Assembly: GCA_016785015.1 (NCBI GenBank)
Contig: JADHTJ010000003.1
Span: 24,979 to 88,978, forward strand
Length of the DNA stretch: 64,000 nucleotides
From: Anaerolineales bacterium
Lineage (GTDB): Bacteria; Chloroflexota; Anaerolineae; Anaerolineales; UBA11858
Reading direction: 5' to 3'
In this document: positions 36,547 through 45,787 of the stretch, piece after piece
Numbering within the stretch: the first letter of the stretch is position 1
Layout of the letters: the number at the start of each line of letters is the position of its first letter
Notes under the pieces: model-generated
Databases searched by the model: none
Seen by the model: the letters and a program-made list of their open reading frames with translations, nothing else
Told to the model about the DNA's origin: nothing
Position numbers and translations under genes: made by a program

Positions 36547-37746
36547 TTATGGGCACGTCGCATCCCATTCAAATCCGCGGAACATTTCACTGATAAACTC
36601 AAACAAAGCAGGATCATGTTCCTGCAATTCAGCACGATTATTGATGTATTCGGGGCTGCGAGGGCTGGGATTACCATTGAAATAATTCATCACACCATCT
36701 GCCCAATATTCATAATGATCAGTTGAAGCATAATGATTCGGCCATTTTCCTTCATCCATGGCGGCGTTGTAGAGATCTTCTAATCGCTTGTCAAAATCTG
36801 GTTCTACATCCCAAAACCCGTGCATGTGCATCGCATGGGCAAATTCATGCACGCCCACCTGATGGCCTTCATTATATTGCCAACCCGCCCAACACAACAA
36901 ATTACCTTCCTGGTTAGTCGCAAGGGGATAATTGAAGCTACCGCTAGCGACTGCGAAAGCTTCTGTCGGATCCACATCCTGGAAATATGGCACCTCAGAA
37001 ATATTGTCATTGGCACTAAATGCAATAAATTTGACCCTATTATTTACCATCTCTTCGCGAACATCAGGACGTGGTGCCAACATATTCATAACAATGATCC
37101 ATGCTTGTTTCAATGCTTGATCCCGAACTTCATCGGAACTAATTATTGCAACACCGTCTGCATCACAATACTTGGTGAAGAAAGATGCTAATCCCAGATG
37201 ATCTGGCACTTCTGATATCAAACAATCATCTCCCTCCTCAACGATACTTGGAGTTTGCGTTAACGTTGGTTCTAGAGTCGGCCCCAGAGCTACCGCGTTG
37301 GGAATAAGAATGATCTCATTAGGTTGTCTGCTCTTGATAATGATATTTTTGACAATCTCGTTGCTGGCTTCATCGCGCACACGCCATGCATGCCCAACAA
37401 AGGTCGGCTGTTCGAAAGCTTGCCCAGGGAGTAATCTCTTCACCAATTCTTCAGCCCCTTCGAAATTCATCCAGGAAATAGTAATATTGCGATCTGAAAC
37501 ATTGGATAAGGTTAAGATTGCCAACATACCCCCTTCTTCAGAAACTAGTGGTGTTGGCGTCGGTTCTGGGGTATCTGTGGCCGTGGGCTCAGGAGTGGCT
37601 GTAGGTTCAGGTGTAGCAGTATCGGTTGGTGTCGCCGTCGGTGGCTCAGTAGGGACAGCCGTGGGCTCAGGCGTTGCGGCCGGAGCGCAGGCGCCCAACC
37701 AAAGGGTTAGCACGAGCAATAAAACTACAAGCATTTTTCGGTTCAT
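36547..37746 (-). CDS. Secreted lipoprotein with Pro/Thr linker and HExxH zinc-metallopeptidase-like domain
   Basis: Signal peptide plus lipobox (LWLGAC). PT-rich linker ATPEPTAVPTEPPTATPTDTATPEPTATPEPTATDTPEPTPTP. VGVHEFAHAMHMHG contains HExxH. AGGAGG Shine-Dalgarno sequence. Confidence 0.55.
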   Translation of the reverse strand: MNRKMLVVLLLVLTLWLGACAPAATPEPTAVPTEPPTATPTDTATPEPTATPEPTATDTPEPTPTPLVSEEGGMLAILTLSNVSDRNITISWMNFEGAEELVKRLLPGQAFEQPTFVGHAWRVRDEASNEIVKNIIIKSRQPNEIILIPNAVALGPTLEPTLTQTPSIVEEGDDCLISEVPDHLGLASFFTKYCDADGVAIISSDEVRDQALKQAWIIVMNMLAPRPDVREEMVNNRVKFIAFSANDNISEVPYFQDVDPTEAFAVASGSFNYPLATNQEGNLLCWAGWQYNEGHQVGVHEFAHAMHMHGFWDVEPDFDKRLEDLYNAAMDEGKWPNHYASTDHYEYWADGVMNYFNGNPSPRSPEYINNRAELQEHDPALFEFISEMFRGFEWDATCP

Positions 37747-37949
37747 GGTGATCCTCCTAATAAAATAGTTTGTAATTTATACCATACAAACTATTTCCCA
37801 ATACAGGGTTATTTGTCACATTATCCATTCAGAATTTTTATCATTGCCGATAATGCCGGTATTTCAAAAATTCAGGATCATTATCCTCTGGCATTTAGGT
37901 GGTAGGAGTGATATAAAAGTGCCTTCACATCAAAAATAAGGAGATATTT

Positions 37950-39113
37950 ATGTCCCAATTCACCTATGCCGTGCTTGGCGCGGGGCGCCAGGGCACTGCT
38001 GCGGCCTATGATCTGGCGAAATTCAGCGACGCCAAGAAAATCATTCTGGCCGACATCAACCAGGAAATCGCTGAGAAAAGCGCAAAACGCATCAATCAGC
38101 TTATTGGTAGAGATGTGGCTGTCGGCGTCGAACTCGACGTCAGTGATAAGGCAGCTATACTAGATGCTCTCAAGGGCGTGGATGTCACCCTCAGCGCCGT
38201 ACCCTACTACTTCAACCTGGATATCACCAAAACCTGCATCGAAGCAGGTTCGAGCCTGTGCGATATGGGCGGACATACCGGAGTTGTTCGAAAACAATTA
38301 GCCCTGGACGCTGAAGCCAAGGCCGCTGGAGTCAGCATCGTGCCTGACTGCGGGATGGGCCCTGGCCTAAACGTCACCATGGCTGCCTATGCTCAAGAAT
38401 TACTAGATGAAACGCACAGCGTGCACATCTTCGATGGCGGCCTGCCCCAAAAGCCCACGCCCCCATGGAATTATCAAGCCACATTCCACATCAACGGCCT
38501 GACCAACGAAATGGACGGACAGGCCACGTTCTTGCGCGATGGCATCCTGACCCCAGTGGATACACTTACCGAGCCGGAATTTATCGAGTTCGACACCTTG
38601 GGAAGTCTCGAAGCTGATGTCACTTCCGGCGGTTTGTCCACATCGCCTTGGACCTTCGAAGGAAAACTGCAAAATTTTACCAACAAAACCTTGCGATACC
38701 CCGGTCATTTCGAGTGGCTGCGAGCATTTAAAGAGCTGGGCTTATTCTCCGAAGAGGCACTCCAGGTCAATGGATACCAGATTATCCCCCGTGAGGTATA
38801 TCACACTTTATTGGAACCCAAGATCAGCGCCTCTGAAGTGCGCGATGTTTGCGTGTTGCGAGTCAAAGGCTATGGGATGAAAGACGGCAAAGACACGACG
38901 GTAGTGATCGACCTGATCGACTACTACGACGAGGCCACAGGCTTCACCGCTATGGAACGCCTGACTGGCTGGCACTGCGCCATCATGATGGGCTTCCAGG
39001 CGCGCGGCAAGGTTCCGGCGGGCGGTGTTTCGATGGAAGTCGCTGTTCCTGCGGGTGAGTTTATGGAAGCTGTGCGTGAACGGGGAATCGAGTTTAGCGT
39101 TGAGTATAAATAA
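37950..39113 (+). CDS. Saccharopine dehydrogenase-family NAD(P)-binding protein
   Basis: YAVLGAGRQGTAAAYDL Rossmann motif; 387 aa; AAGGAG Shine-Dalgarno sequence. Confidence 0.65.
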   Translation: MSQFTYAVLGAGRQGTAAAYDLAKFSDAKKIILADINQEIAEKSAKRINQLIGRDVAVGVELDVSDKAAILDALKGVDVTLSAVPYYFNLDITKTCIEAGSSLCDMGGHTGVVRKQLALDAEAKAAGVSIVPDCGMGPGLNVTMAAYAQELLDETHSVHIFDGGLPQKPTPPWNYQATFHINGLTNEMDGQATFLRDGILTPVDTLTEPEFIEFDTLGSLEADVTSGGLSTSPWTFEGKLQNFTNKTLRYPGHFEWLRAFKELGLFSEEALQVNGYQIIPREVYHTLLEPKISASEVRDVCVLRVKGYGMKDGKDTTVVIDLIDYYDEATGFTAMERLTGWHCAIMMGFQARGKVPAGGVSMEVAVPAGEFMEAVRERGIEFSVEYK

Positions 39114-39200
39114 GGAAGGGATGACTACAGACAGCCGACGGACGACCGCAGTTTCATCGACGTCGGCTGTTTTTGATTTAATACCTTTCACTCGCCTGGT

Positions 39201-39335
39201 GTCATCCTGAGCGCAGCGAAGGATCTTTAATACATGGTATCAGAGACTCTTCGGTCGCTGGCCCCCCGGAGGCACGCATAGCGAGGCCTGTCTGCTCGTA
39301 GAGCCGCAAAGCGCGGCACGCACCCTCAGAGTGAC
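39201..39335. repeat. Family B palindromic element, copy 2 (with ~60-nt internal insertion)
   Basis: GTCATCCTGAGCGCAGCGAAGGATCT...CAGAGACTCTTCGGTCGC...[insert with CGCATAGCGAGGC / CGCAAAGCGCGGC]...CCCTCAGAGTGAC. Confidence 0.75.
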
Positions 39336-39384
39336 AAAAGGGCTAATTTTAGATATGTTCTAGAAAAGATTCGAATAGTAGAAA

Positions 39385-42168
39385 CTAAGGGTTGATCAGC
39401 GGCAAGAAGATCTCGTGCAGTTCGGGCTCCACTCCGCACCAATCCAAGGCCGCGCCGAGCAATTCTTGGCGATCTGCTTCAGTGGGAAGCGCTTCAAAGG
39501 GGAAAGCCCAAAGAGTCGTTTTGAATATTCCATTGGTTTTCGTCAAACCAGCAACACCGTACTCGCCAACCAGAGCCGCAGAGGCCGAGTCCGTGGGAAT
39601 GACTGAATCACTAAAATTGAAAAATGGATATGCCAGGGCATAGGGTCCCAGCCCTTCGAAAGCCTCACCAGCCCCGGTTAAGAGAGTCTGGCCGACATCA
39701 TTCTCATATTCATACACCCCAAGGTATTCCCTGGCAAAATCCCTTGACCCTCTCCGATACAGGAAATCCTGGCCGCTAATTATCAAACATTTACTACCCG
39801 AATCCAACCAGCCAGCCAAAGCCGCTTCTCCCTCTTCGCCTGGTCCCGCTGCAGTTCTCCATTCATCTCCCAAAAACCAGATTATGGTTTCGTAGGACGA
39901 CAATAGCGATTGGTCGGGCTCTTCATCCGAGTTCCAGGTATCCCAAACTTCATAAGGCATCCCCAAAGCATCCAATGTCTCGCGGTAGTAGGTCTGCACG
40001 TCGGGAGTGTTGTCATCATCATCCACTAACAAAAGCGATGTCGCTGAACCTGTGGTAAATGTACCTGTGGAGCTTGGAGAAAGTCCACAGTAGTTCCCAG
40101 CGGAAACTCGCCAGTAGTATTCTGTATTGTGTGCCAACCAAATTGTCATGGTATGGCTGACTTCGGGGAGTTCAACGGTATAGACAATATCGTTTTCACC
40201 AAAGGCAAGCTCTTCGGAGATCTCGAGGCGATAATACACAGCTTGATCCACAGCACTCCAGCGGAATGTTGGCCGCACATACAGTCCTTGGACGTTCGCT
40301 GCTGGCTCTAAAAGACTCGGTGCAATGGGCACACCAGCTTGCAGTTCAAGCGCCACAGTGTCAGTATGGACGCGGCTGCCTGAGGTACCCACAATGTCAA
40401 ATTGATACGTGTCAGGAGTAATAGATCCCGTTGATCCCAAGGTGAGCACACTGCTCCCAGGCGGGACGACCAGATTCGGCTCAAAGTTGAGCGACGCACC
40501 CGAGGGCTGCGCGGCTACGCTCAGAGTGACAGGATCAGTGAAGCCCGAAAGCTGCACCACATTAATATCATACAATGCCTCTTCTGGCGCACAGATATTC
40601 ACCGTTTCAGGTGCTGCATCAATCCTAAAATCCGCGCCGCAGTATGTTTTGGCAGCATCGACCGCAGCCAGGGCGTCGATCTCCCCCCATCCAGTGGCGT
40701 AATTTGGGGTATGCGCGCCGCCGCCAGTGCCGTCATCATAAGGTACTGATCTGGCGGTTGTTTGAATGATCGTTTCCGTTGCGGCATACTCACCGATCAG
40801 ACAAGATGCTGCGTCCCACATCAAAGCTACCAACCCGCTGACATGCGGCGCTGACATCGACGTCCCCGACATAAAATGAAAGCCGTCATCGCTGTTCTTG
40901 GAAGCTGAGCGAATATTCACACCCGGTGCAACCACCTGCGGTTTCAAGTTAGGCGAACCTTCAGGGTTGATGATATCGGGATCATCAGAAGGGCCCCAAT
41001 TGGAATGCGTGGCATAGGTCCCATTGGATTTGCCCGTTGAACCAACCGCGGTGACATTGCCATAGCGCGCCGGGTTACCAACCGTGTTCAGACCCGGTGG
41101 ATTTGAATACCCGCAAGAGCTAGTATTCCCATTCGAGAATACAGGATAAATTCCCGCGGCCAGCCAGCTCTCGACCATGCCTTTGTACCAGGTATCCAAG
41201 AATGTCAGGCAATCGCCCCAAGAATTGTTGATGATATGGGGACGTTTGTTCGAGTCTGGGTTTTGCTTGTTCAGATCCCAGGGGGCTAACATGAACTGGC
41301 CGCATTCCAACAATTCACTATCATTGCCCTCGAAAGCCTGGCAGGCGATCCAGGTTGCGCCAGGGGCCATGCCGATCTGGGTGCCTTGGCCATCATCGCC
41401 GACCATAATGCCCATGGTGTGCGAGCCATGCCCATGCCAATCATTGGGGATAGTGTCACTGCCGCCTACCGCAGGGTCCCACCAGTTGAAATTATGATTA
41501 AAATTCCCGTCGCCTAAATTACCGCGATATTGCGCCACCAGAGTCTCGTGAGAATATCGCACCCCTGTATCGATATTAGCAACAACAATATCATTCCCAT
41601 TGAAGCCCATATTCCAGACATCATCTGCATTGACCTGCCGGATATTCACTTCGACGTTTGCAGTGGGCTCGCTCAGAGCAATAATATTGTCTACTGGCTC
41701 GTAAAAGAAGGATTGCCGGCGGGCGCGCAGCGAATCAATCTCCACAAAGTTGAGCAAGCCATTGAAGGTATTGATATCGGACGAGTTGACCAGGATGACA
41801 TTGTCAATCCAGAAGGCTTCGTAATCCACCCCCCTGGCAGTCAAATAAGCGCGCACACGTTGTTGCGAGCTATCCGCAGCTGTTTGCAGCGAATTGACCA
41901 CGAAGCGGCCGCGCGTTTCCCAATCCAACTCGTATGCCAGAGAGAGATTTGGCCGCTGCTTGAACTGAATCATGTAGCCAGCTTCTTCTTCAACCAAAAA
42001 CTGCGCTTCTAATTCAGGTTCAACAACGGGTTCAGGATCATCTCCCCCAGTTTGGTTTAGGCGCGAATGATTATCGCCAGCAGATGCACTTGACCAAGCC
42101 ATAAGTGGGGTCAATATTGTTAAGATAATAATGAAATTGGTGATCAGACTGAGTCTAAGTTTCATCAA
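39385..42168 (-). CDS. Secreted subtilisin-like (S8) serine protease with propeptide and large C-terminal extension
   Basis: Signal peptide. Catalytic triad contexts VANIDTGV (Asp), HGHGSHTMG (His) and SGTSMSAPHVSG (Ser). About 400 aa of beta-rich C-terminal domains follow. Confidence 0.85.
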   Translation of the reverse strand: MMKLRLSLITNFIIILTILTPLMAWSSASAGDNHSRLNQTGGDDPEPVVEPELEAQFLVEEEAGYMIQFKQRPNLSLAYELDWETRGRFVVNSLQTAADSSQQRVRAYLTARGVDYEAFWIDNVILVNSSDINTFNGLLNFVEIDSLRARRQSFFYEPVDNIIALSEPTANVEVNIRQVNADDVWNMGFNGNDIVVANIDTGVRYSHETLVAQYRGNLGDGNFNHNFNWWDPAVGGSDTIPNDWHGHGSHTMGIMVGDDGQGTQIGMAPGATWIACQAFEGNDSELLECGQFMLAPWDLNKQNPDSNKRPHIINNSWGDCLTFLDTWYKGMVESWLAAGIYPVFSNGNTSSCGYSNPPGLNTVGNPARYGNVTAVGSTGKSNGTYATHSNWGPSDDPDIINPEGSPNLKPQVVAPGVNIRSASKNSDDGFHFMSGTSMSAPHVSGLVALMWDAASCLIGEYAATETIIQTTARSVPYDDGTGGGAHTPNYATGWGEIDALAAVDAAKTYCGADFRIDAAPETVNICAPEEALYDINVVQLSGFTDPVTLSVAAQPSGASLNFEPNLVVPPGSSVLTLGSTGSITPDTYQFDIVGTSGSRVHTDTVALELQAGVPIAPSLLEPAANVQGLYVRPTFRWSAVDQAVYYRLEISEELAFGENDIVYTVELPEVSHTMTIWLAHNTEYYWRVSAGNYCGLSPSSTGTFTTGSATSLLLVDDDDNTPDVQTYYRETLDALGMPYEVWDTWNSDEEPDQSLLSSYETIIWFLGDEWRTAAGPGEEGEAALAGWLDSGSKCLIISGQDFLYRRGSRDFAREYLGVYEYENDVGQTLLTGAGEAFEGLGPYALAYPFFNFSDSVIPTDSASAALVGEYGVAGLTKTNGIFKTTLWAFPFEALPTEADRQELLGAALDWCGVEPELHEIFLPLINP

Positions 42169-42441
42169 TCCTTGCTCCGCTACCCGCCAGGCGCAAATCT
42201 GTTGGCCATTGGTTTATAATTCTACCATTCCTTTAAAGCTGTCTGATAAGACCCTAAAGGTTTCCAAAAATGGTTTCAATATCAAATTTTCTAACTTGCG
42301 AAACCCAGGTTCAGACATGATTTAGGATAAACCTTTAGGGTCTGGGTTGTAAAAAATAGTATTCAGACGCTTTCTCAGACAACCTTCAACTTTCCCTTAG
42401 GCCCATCACAGGGTGGGGAATCACTTGAAAAGGACTGCACA

Positions 42442-43422
42442 ATGAAAACTCTTGTACTTGGGGCAACTGGATTTATCGGCGGACATATCGCCCTATCTGC
42501 ATTAGGAGCGCGTTGGAGCGTGCGCGGGCTGCGGCGAAACTCAAAGAGCACTGGCCACCTCGGGGATGCCCCGCTTGAGTGGGTCAACGGAAATTTGGGT
42601 GATCCTGTCTCCTTACGTGATGCCATGCAAGACATAGATATCGTCTTCCATGCGGCTGCCTATTATCCACAAGATGGCAATCCTCGCAAAGTTCCCCAAC
42701 AGGTCGCCTACGCTAAAGGCGAGATTCAGCAAGTTTTGGACGCGGCGAAAGAAGCTGGGATTCGACGTTTTGTCTTCACATCCACACTATCTACCATCGG
42801 ACACCCTGCCCCCGAAGAAAACCGCCTGGCCGATGAACGAGATATTTATCGCCCCGGAACGCTGCCTGAAAGCGGATATTACGAAGCCAAGATCGCCATG
42901 GAAAATGCTGTCTTGGAAGCTGCCGCTGAAGGATTGGATGCCGTTGTACTCAACCCTACAGCAGTCTTTGGCCCCGGGGATGTACACCTGACCATGGGCC
43001 AATTGCTGATCATGGTTGCCCGCTGTCAGGCGGTTGCCTGGCTGCCGGGGGATATCAATGTTGTTGATGTGCGTGATGTCGCCCAGGCGCACATTGCTGC
43101 CGTACAAAAAGGCCGCTCTGGAGAACGCTATATCATTGGAGGGCACAATTACAGCGTTAAAGATGCGCTCACTGCAGTCGCACAGAATGTGGGCGTCAAA
43201 CCGCCGCGCTTCGAGGTTCCCATGCGTGTGCTCAAAGCCTTAGTTTTCCTCAGCGATATAATCCCTGCGCTGCCGCTGCCAAGCAATCATCTGCGAGCCC
43301 TGCCACTTTGGCAAGGGTACAATATCGAGAAAGCTAAGCAAGAATTGGGACTTTCACCCCGTCCCTTTTATGAAACTGTTCAGGATGCGTTAAATTGGTT
43401 TGGAGAAGAAGGGTATCTTTAA
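42442..43422 (+). CDS. NAD-dependent epimerase/dehydratase family protein
   Basis: VLGATGFIGGHI Rossmann motif and YxxxK context (YYEAKIAME). Confidence 0.75.
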   Translation: MKTLVLGATGFIGGHIALSALGARWSVRGLRRNSKSTGHLGDAPLEWVNGNLGDPVSLRDAMQDIDIVFHAAAYYPQDGNPRKVPQQVAYAKGEIQQVLDAAKEAGIRRFVFTSTLSTIGHPAPEENRLADERDIYRPGTLPESGYYEAKIAMENAVLEAAAEGLDAVVLNPTAVFGPGDVHLTMGQLLIMVARCQAVAWLPGDINVVDVRDVAQAHIAAVQKGRSGERYIIGGHNYSVKDALTAVAQNVGVKPPRFEVPMRVLKALVFLSDIIPALPLPSNHLRALPLWQGYNIEKAKQELGLSPRPFYETVQDALNWFGEEGYL

Positions 43423-43483
43423 ACCAGGAATGGTTTTGAAGTGGTCTCCCTCTTGAGTGTAGCCGTCTTGAAAAAGGCTGATT

Positions 43484-43563
43484 TGAACCGCGAAGACGCC
43501 AAGTGCGCGAAGAAAAAGACAAAATGAGATTAAACTCTGCGTCCTTTGCAGCTTTACGGTGAA
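43484..43563. repeat. Family C intergenic element, copy 2
   Basis: TGAACCGCGAAGACGCCAAGTGCGCGAAG...CTCTGCGTCCTTTGCAGCTTTACGGTGAA. The 5' arm is 18/27 identical to copy 1. Confidence 0.5.
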
Positions 43564-43633
43564 ATGTGGCTCTGGTTTTCGGCCATCAACACTTAATAGG
43601 GTGACTACCAGTTTTGAATTAGAGTATTCGTGA

Positions 43634-44611
43634 TCAATATCCCCTCTTCAAATCCACTCGGTTGGGAATGGATTCGCCTCGCGCTACAGCATTGAGTAGA
43701 TCGGCCAGATGCGCCATGCGCAGATGCTCGGACTCAGCTACCCCGCCGGCACGATGAGGGCTCATCACGACATTGTCAAGCTCATGAAAGGGGTGATCAG
43801 CTGGGGGCGTATTCGTCCGCGAATCTTCATCCGCTGGGTAGTTGTACCAGACATCCAAACCCGTCCCAAGTAATTTTCCAGCTTTGAGCGCGTGGTAGAG
43901 CGCATCTTGGTCTACTACGGGACCGCGTCCCACGTTGACCAGGATCGCCCCGCGCGGCAGCAATCCCAACTCACGCTCGCTAATCATACCTTCGGTGTCG
44001 TCGGTCAGAGGCAGGGTGATCATGAGAATCTCAGTTTTTGGCAATAACTCGGGCAAAGCCTCGGGTGGGTGAACGAGGATACGATCATCGCTAACTTTTT
44101 GAGAACGTCGAATTGCCAAAACCTTGACTCCAAAAGCATTCAGCATCTGCCCTAATTCTTGACCAATAGCCCCATAACCCAAAATCAAGGCATTCTTGTC
44201 TCTCAAGAACATGGTTTGATTACGCTGGTATCGCGGACGCCAATCGTTGGCCCTCAATGCCTGATCTTGAGGGATGAGTTGCTTGGCGACAGCTAACAAC
44301 AAGGTCAAGGCCATCTCTGCCGTTGGCGCGGCATTATGATGAATATTATGAACTTTGAGCTTCGGGAATTCACACAGTGTCTGGCGCGTAGCAACTGACA
44401 ATCCAGCCCATGGGATGATGAGCACACTCAAATCAGGGCTGCCAGCCAAAAGTTCAGGAGAGGGAATTCCGTCCACTAAGATCTGGTAATCGCCGGGGAT
44501 GGGTACATCCAGCCCGAAAGTCAGTTCGATCCCTGGTTCTAACCATTTCTCTAATAGTGCAAAATATTCCCCGCTGGGTTTTTGGGTAATATGTACCCTA
44601 AGCTGTTCCAT
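43634..44611 (-). CDS. D-isomer-specific 2-hydroxyacid dehydrogenase family protein
   Basis: ILGYGAIGQELG NAD motif; NVGRGPVVDQDAL...GLDVW. The ATG at 44611 (MEQLRV) is preceded by GAGGGG at 7 nt; the longer listed ORF start is less likely. Confidence 0.75.
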   Translation of the reverse strand: MEQLRVHITQKPSGEYFALLEKWLEPGIELTFGLDVPIPGDYQILVDGIPSPELLAGSPDLSVLIIPWAGLSVATRQTLCEFPKLKVHNIHHNAAPTAEMALTLLLAVAKQLIPQDQALRANDWRPRYQRNQTMFLRDKNALILGYGAIGQELGQMLNAFGVKVLAIRRSQKVSDDRILVHPPEALPELLPKTEILMITLPLTDDTEGMISERELGLLPRGAILVNVGRGPVVDQDALYHALKAGKLLGTGLDVWYNYPADEDSRTNTPPADHPFHELDNVVMSPHRAGGVAESEHLRMAHLADLLNAVARGESIPNRVDLKRGY

Positions 44612-45743
44612 CAATAAACCCCTCGGCTGAAAGGATCCCCTCGAAAGCCTGCCGTGCATCAGCAACCGCTTTTTCTCGCCAAAACTGTTCCTGCGGTGAG
44701 AACAATGCCTGAAATTCTTCCCTCACGCCTCGCTCAATTTTGGGATTAGAAATTCCAAACCAGTACGCCTGGTTTTCGAGTACCATCACCCGCATACTGC
44801 GGATCGAGGCCAACAAAGAATCTCCCATTGTTCCAAATTCAAATGCAGTCGCATACAGTCGCTTGCCGGGAAATTCTTCTTGGTGTAGTTGATAAATCCA
44901 ATCCACCATATCGCCATTGATCGAATAGAACTCGGCGGGGGTAGCAGCGACGACAAGGGGATAATCGAAAGCGTGCGCCAACGCTCGAGGAGAACGATGC
45001 TCCAGGGGCGAATTGACCAAACTCATCTGGGAGCGCGGTCCATACCCCGTGTGCATATCCATATGAACAATCTCATCAAAACTTCGTATCGCATCTCGGT
45101 ACAGGTTCATCAACAGGCGCGTCTCTTCTTGGAGTTCAGTGCCACCAAAATACAAACCTTGTGGAAATTGATATTGCCCCATCAACATCGCCGACCTCAA
45201 CGTCGCCTGTCCTGGAGAAACGAGAATCCGCAACAGGTGGAAGAAGAAGTAAATTTTTGCGAACGTATAACGCCCAACAGGTTTTTGGGGATTCAAGAAG
45301 TTGTTGAGCAAAACGTAGTTCGGGTTGGCAGCCGCGTTCAAGTCAGACTCTTCCCAAGCAAAATTGCGATTCAAATCTACGTTATTAGCGTTGACCCGCC
45401 GCATGTACTTCATCCCCCAGGGGTTGATGGTATGGACGAGCAGCAAACCAGTGTTTTGGGAGTTCAATCGGGACAAATATTCTTCAACGGCTAACTGCAT
45501 CATCGCCGAACCGACATAGCCCTCGGCGCCATGCTGGCCAGTTGTGAGAATGAACATCCTTTTGCATTCAGCCGTCGCATCAGCTCGAATCCAATCGATG
45601 GTCAGGTCATCACCCGCATTGATGGTGTGCTGATCGAGTTTCGCATGCGGCCAGCCAACTTGAATAAGTGAAAGATCATCCCGAAAACGCTCACGAGAGG
45701 TTTCGTAAGAATTTGGAAATAACAAATTAATATCTGTGTCCAT
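44598..45743 (-). CDS. M14-like zinc carboxypeptidase-fold protein (DUF2817-like)
   Basis: The ATG at 45743 (MDTDINLL) avoids overlapping the upstream transporter gene. TTGQHGAEGYVGS and HMDMHTGYG resemble DUF2817/succinylglutamate desuccinylase-type metal ligand contexts. Confidence 0.5.
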   Translation of the reverse strand: MDTDINLLFPNSYETSRERFRDDLSLIQVGWPHAKLDQHTINAGDDLTIDWIRADATAECKRMFILTTGQHGAEGYVGSAMMQLAVEEYLSRLNSQNTGLLLVHTINPWGMKYMRRVNANNVDLNRNFAWEESDLNAAANPNYVLLNNFLNPQKPVGRYTFAKIYFFFHLLRILVSPGQATLRSAMLMGQYQFPQGLYFGGTELQEETRLLMNLYRDAIRSFDEIVHMDMHTGYGPRSQMSLVNSPLEHRSPRALAHAFDYPLVVAATPAEFYSINGDMVDWIYQLHQEEFPGKRLYATAFEFGTMGDSLLASIRSMRVMVLENQAYWFGISNPKIERGVREEFQALFSPQEQFWREKAVADARQAFEGILSAEGFIDGTA

Positions 45744-45787
45744 CCGTGTTTGTCTTCGGCACGCCTTTGGCGTCCGCGCCCTTTCGC

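Noticed and set aside
37298-37768. A 156-aa plus-strand ORF with GSGV repeats.
   Set aside because: It is antisense to the Pro/Thr linker of the lipoprotein gene. The repeat is simply the complement of the PT-coding repeat.
37763-37796. A 12-bp perfect inverted repeat (AAATAGTTTGTA / TACAAACTATTT) just upstream of the metallopeptidase-like lipoprotein gene.
   Set aside because: It is AT-rich, has a short loop and is a single occurrence. It is plausible as an operator or 5' UTR hairpin, but nothing distinguishes it from chance AT-rich symmetry without comparative data.
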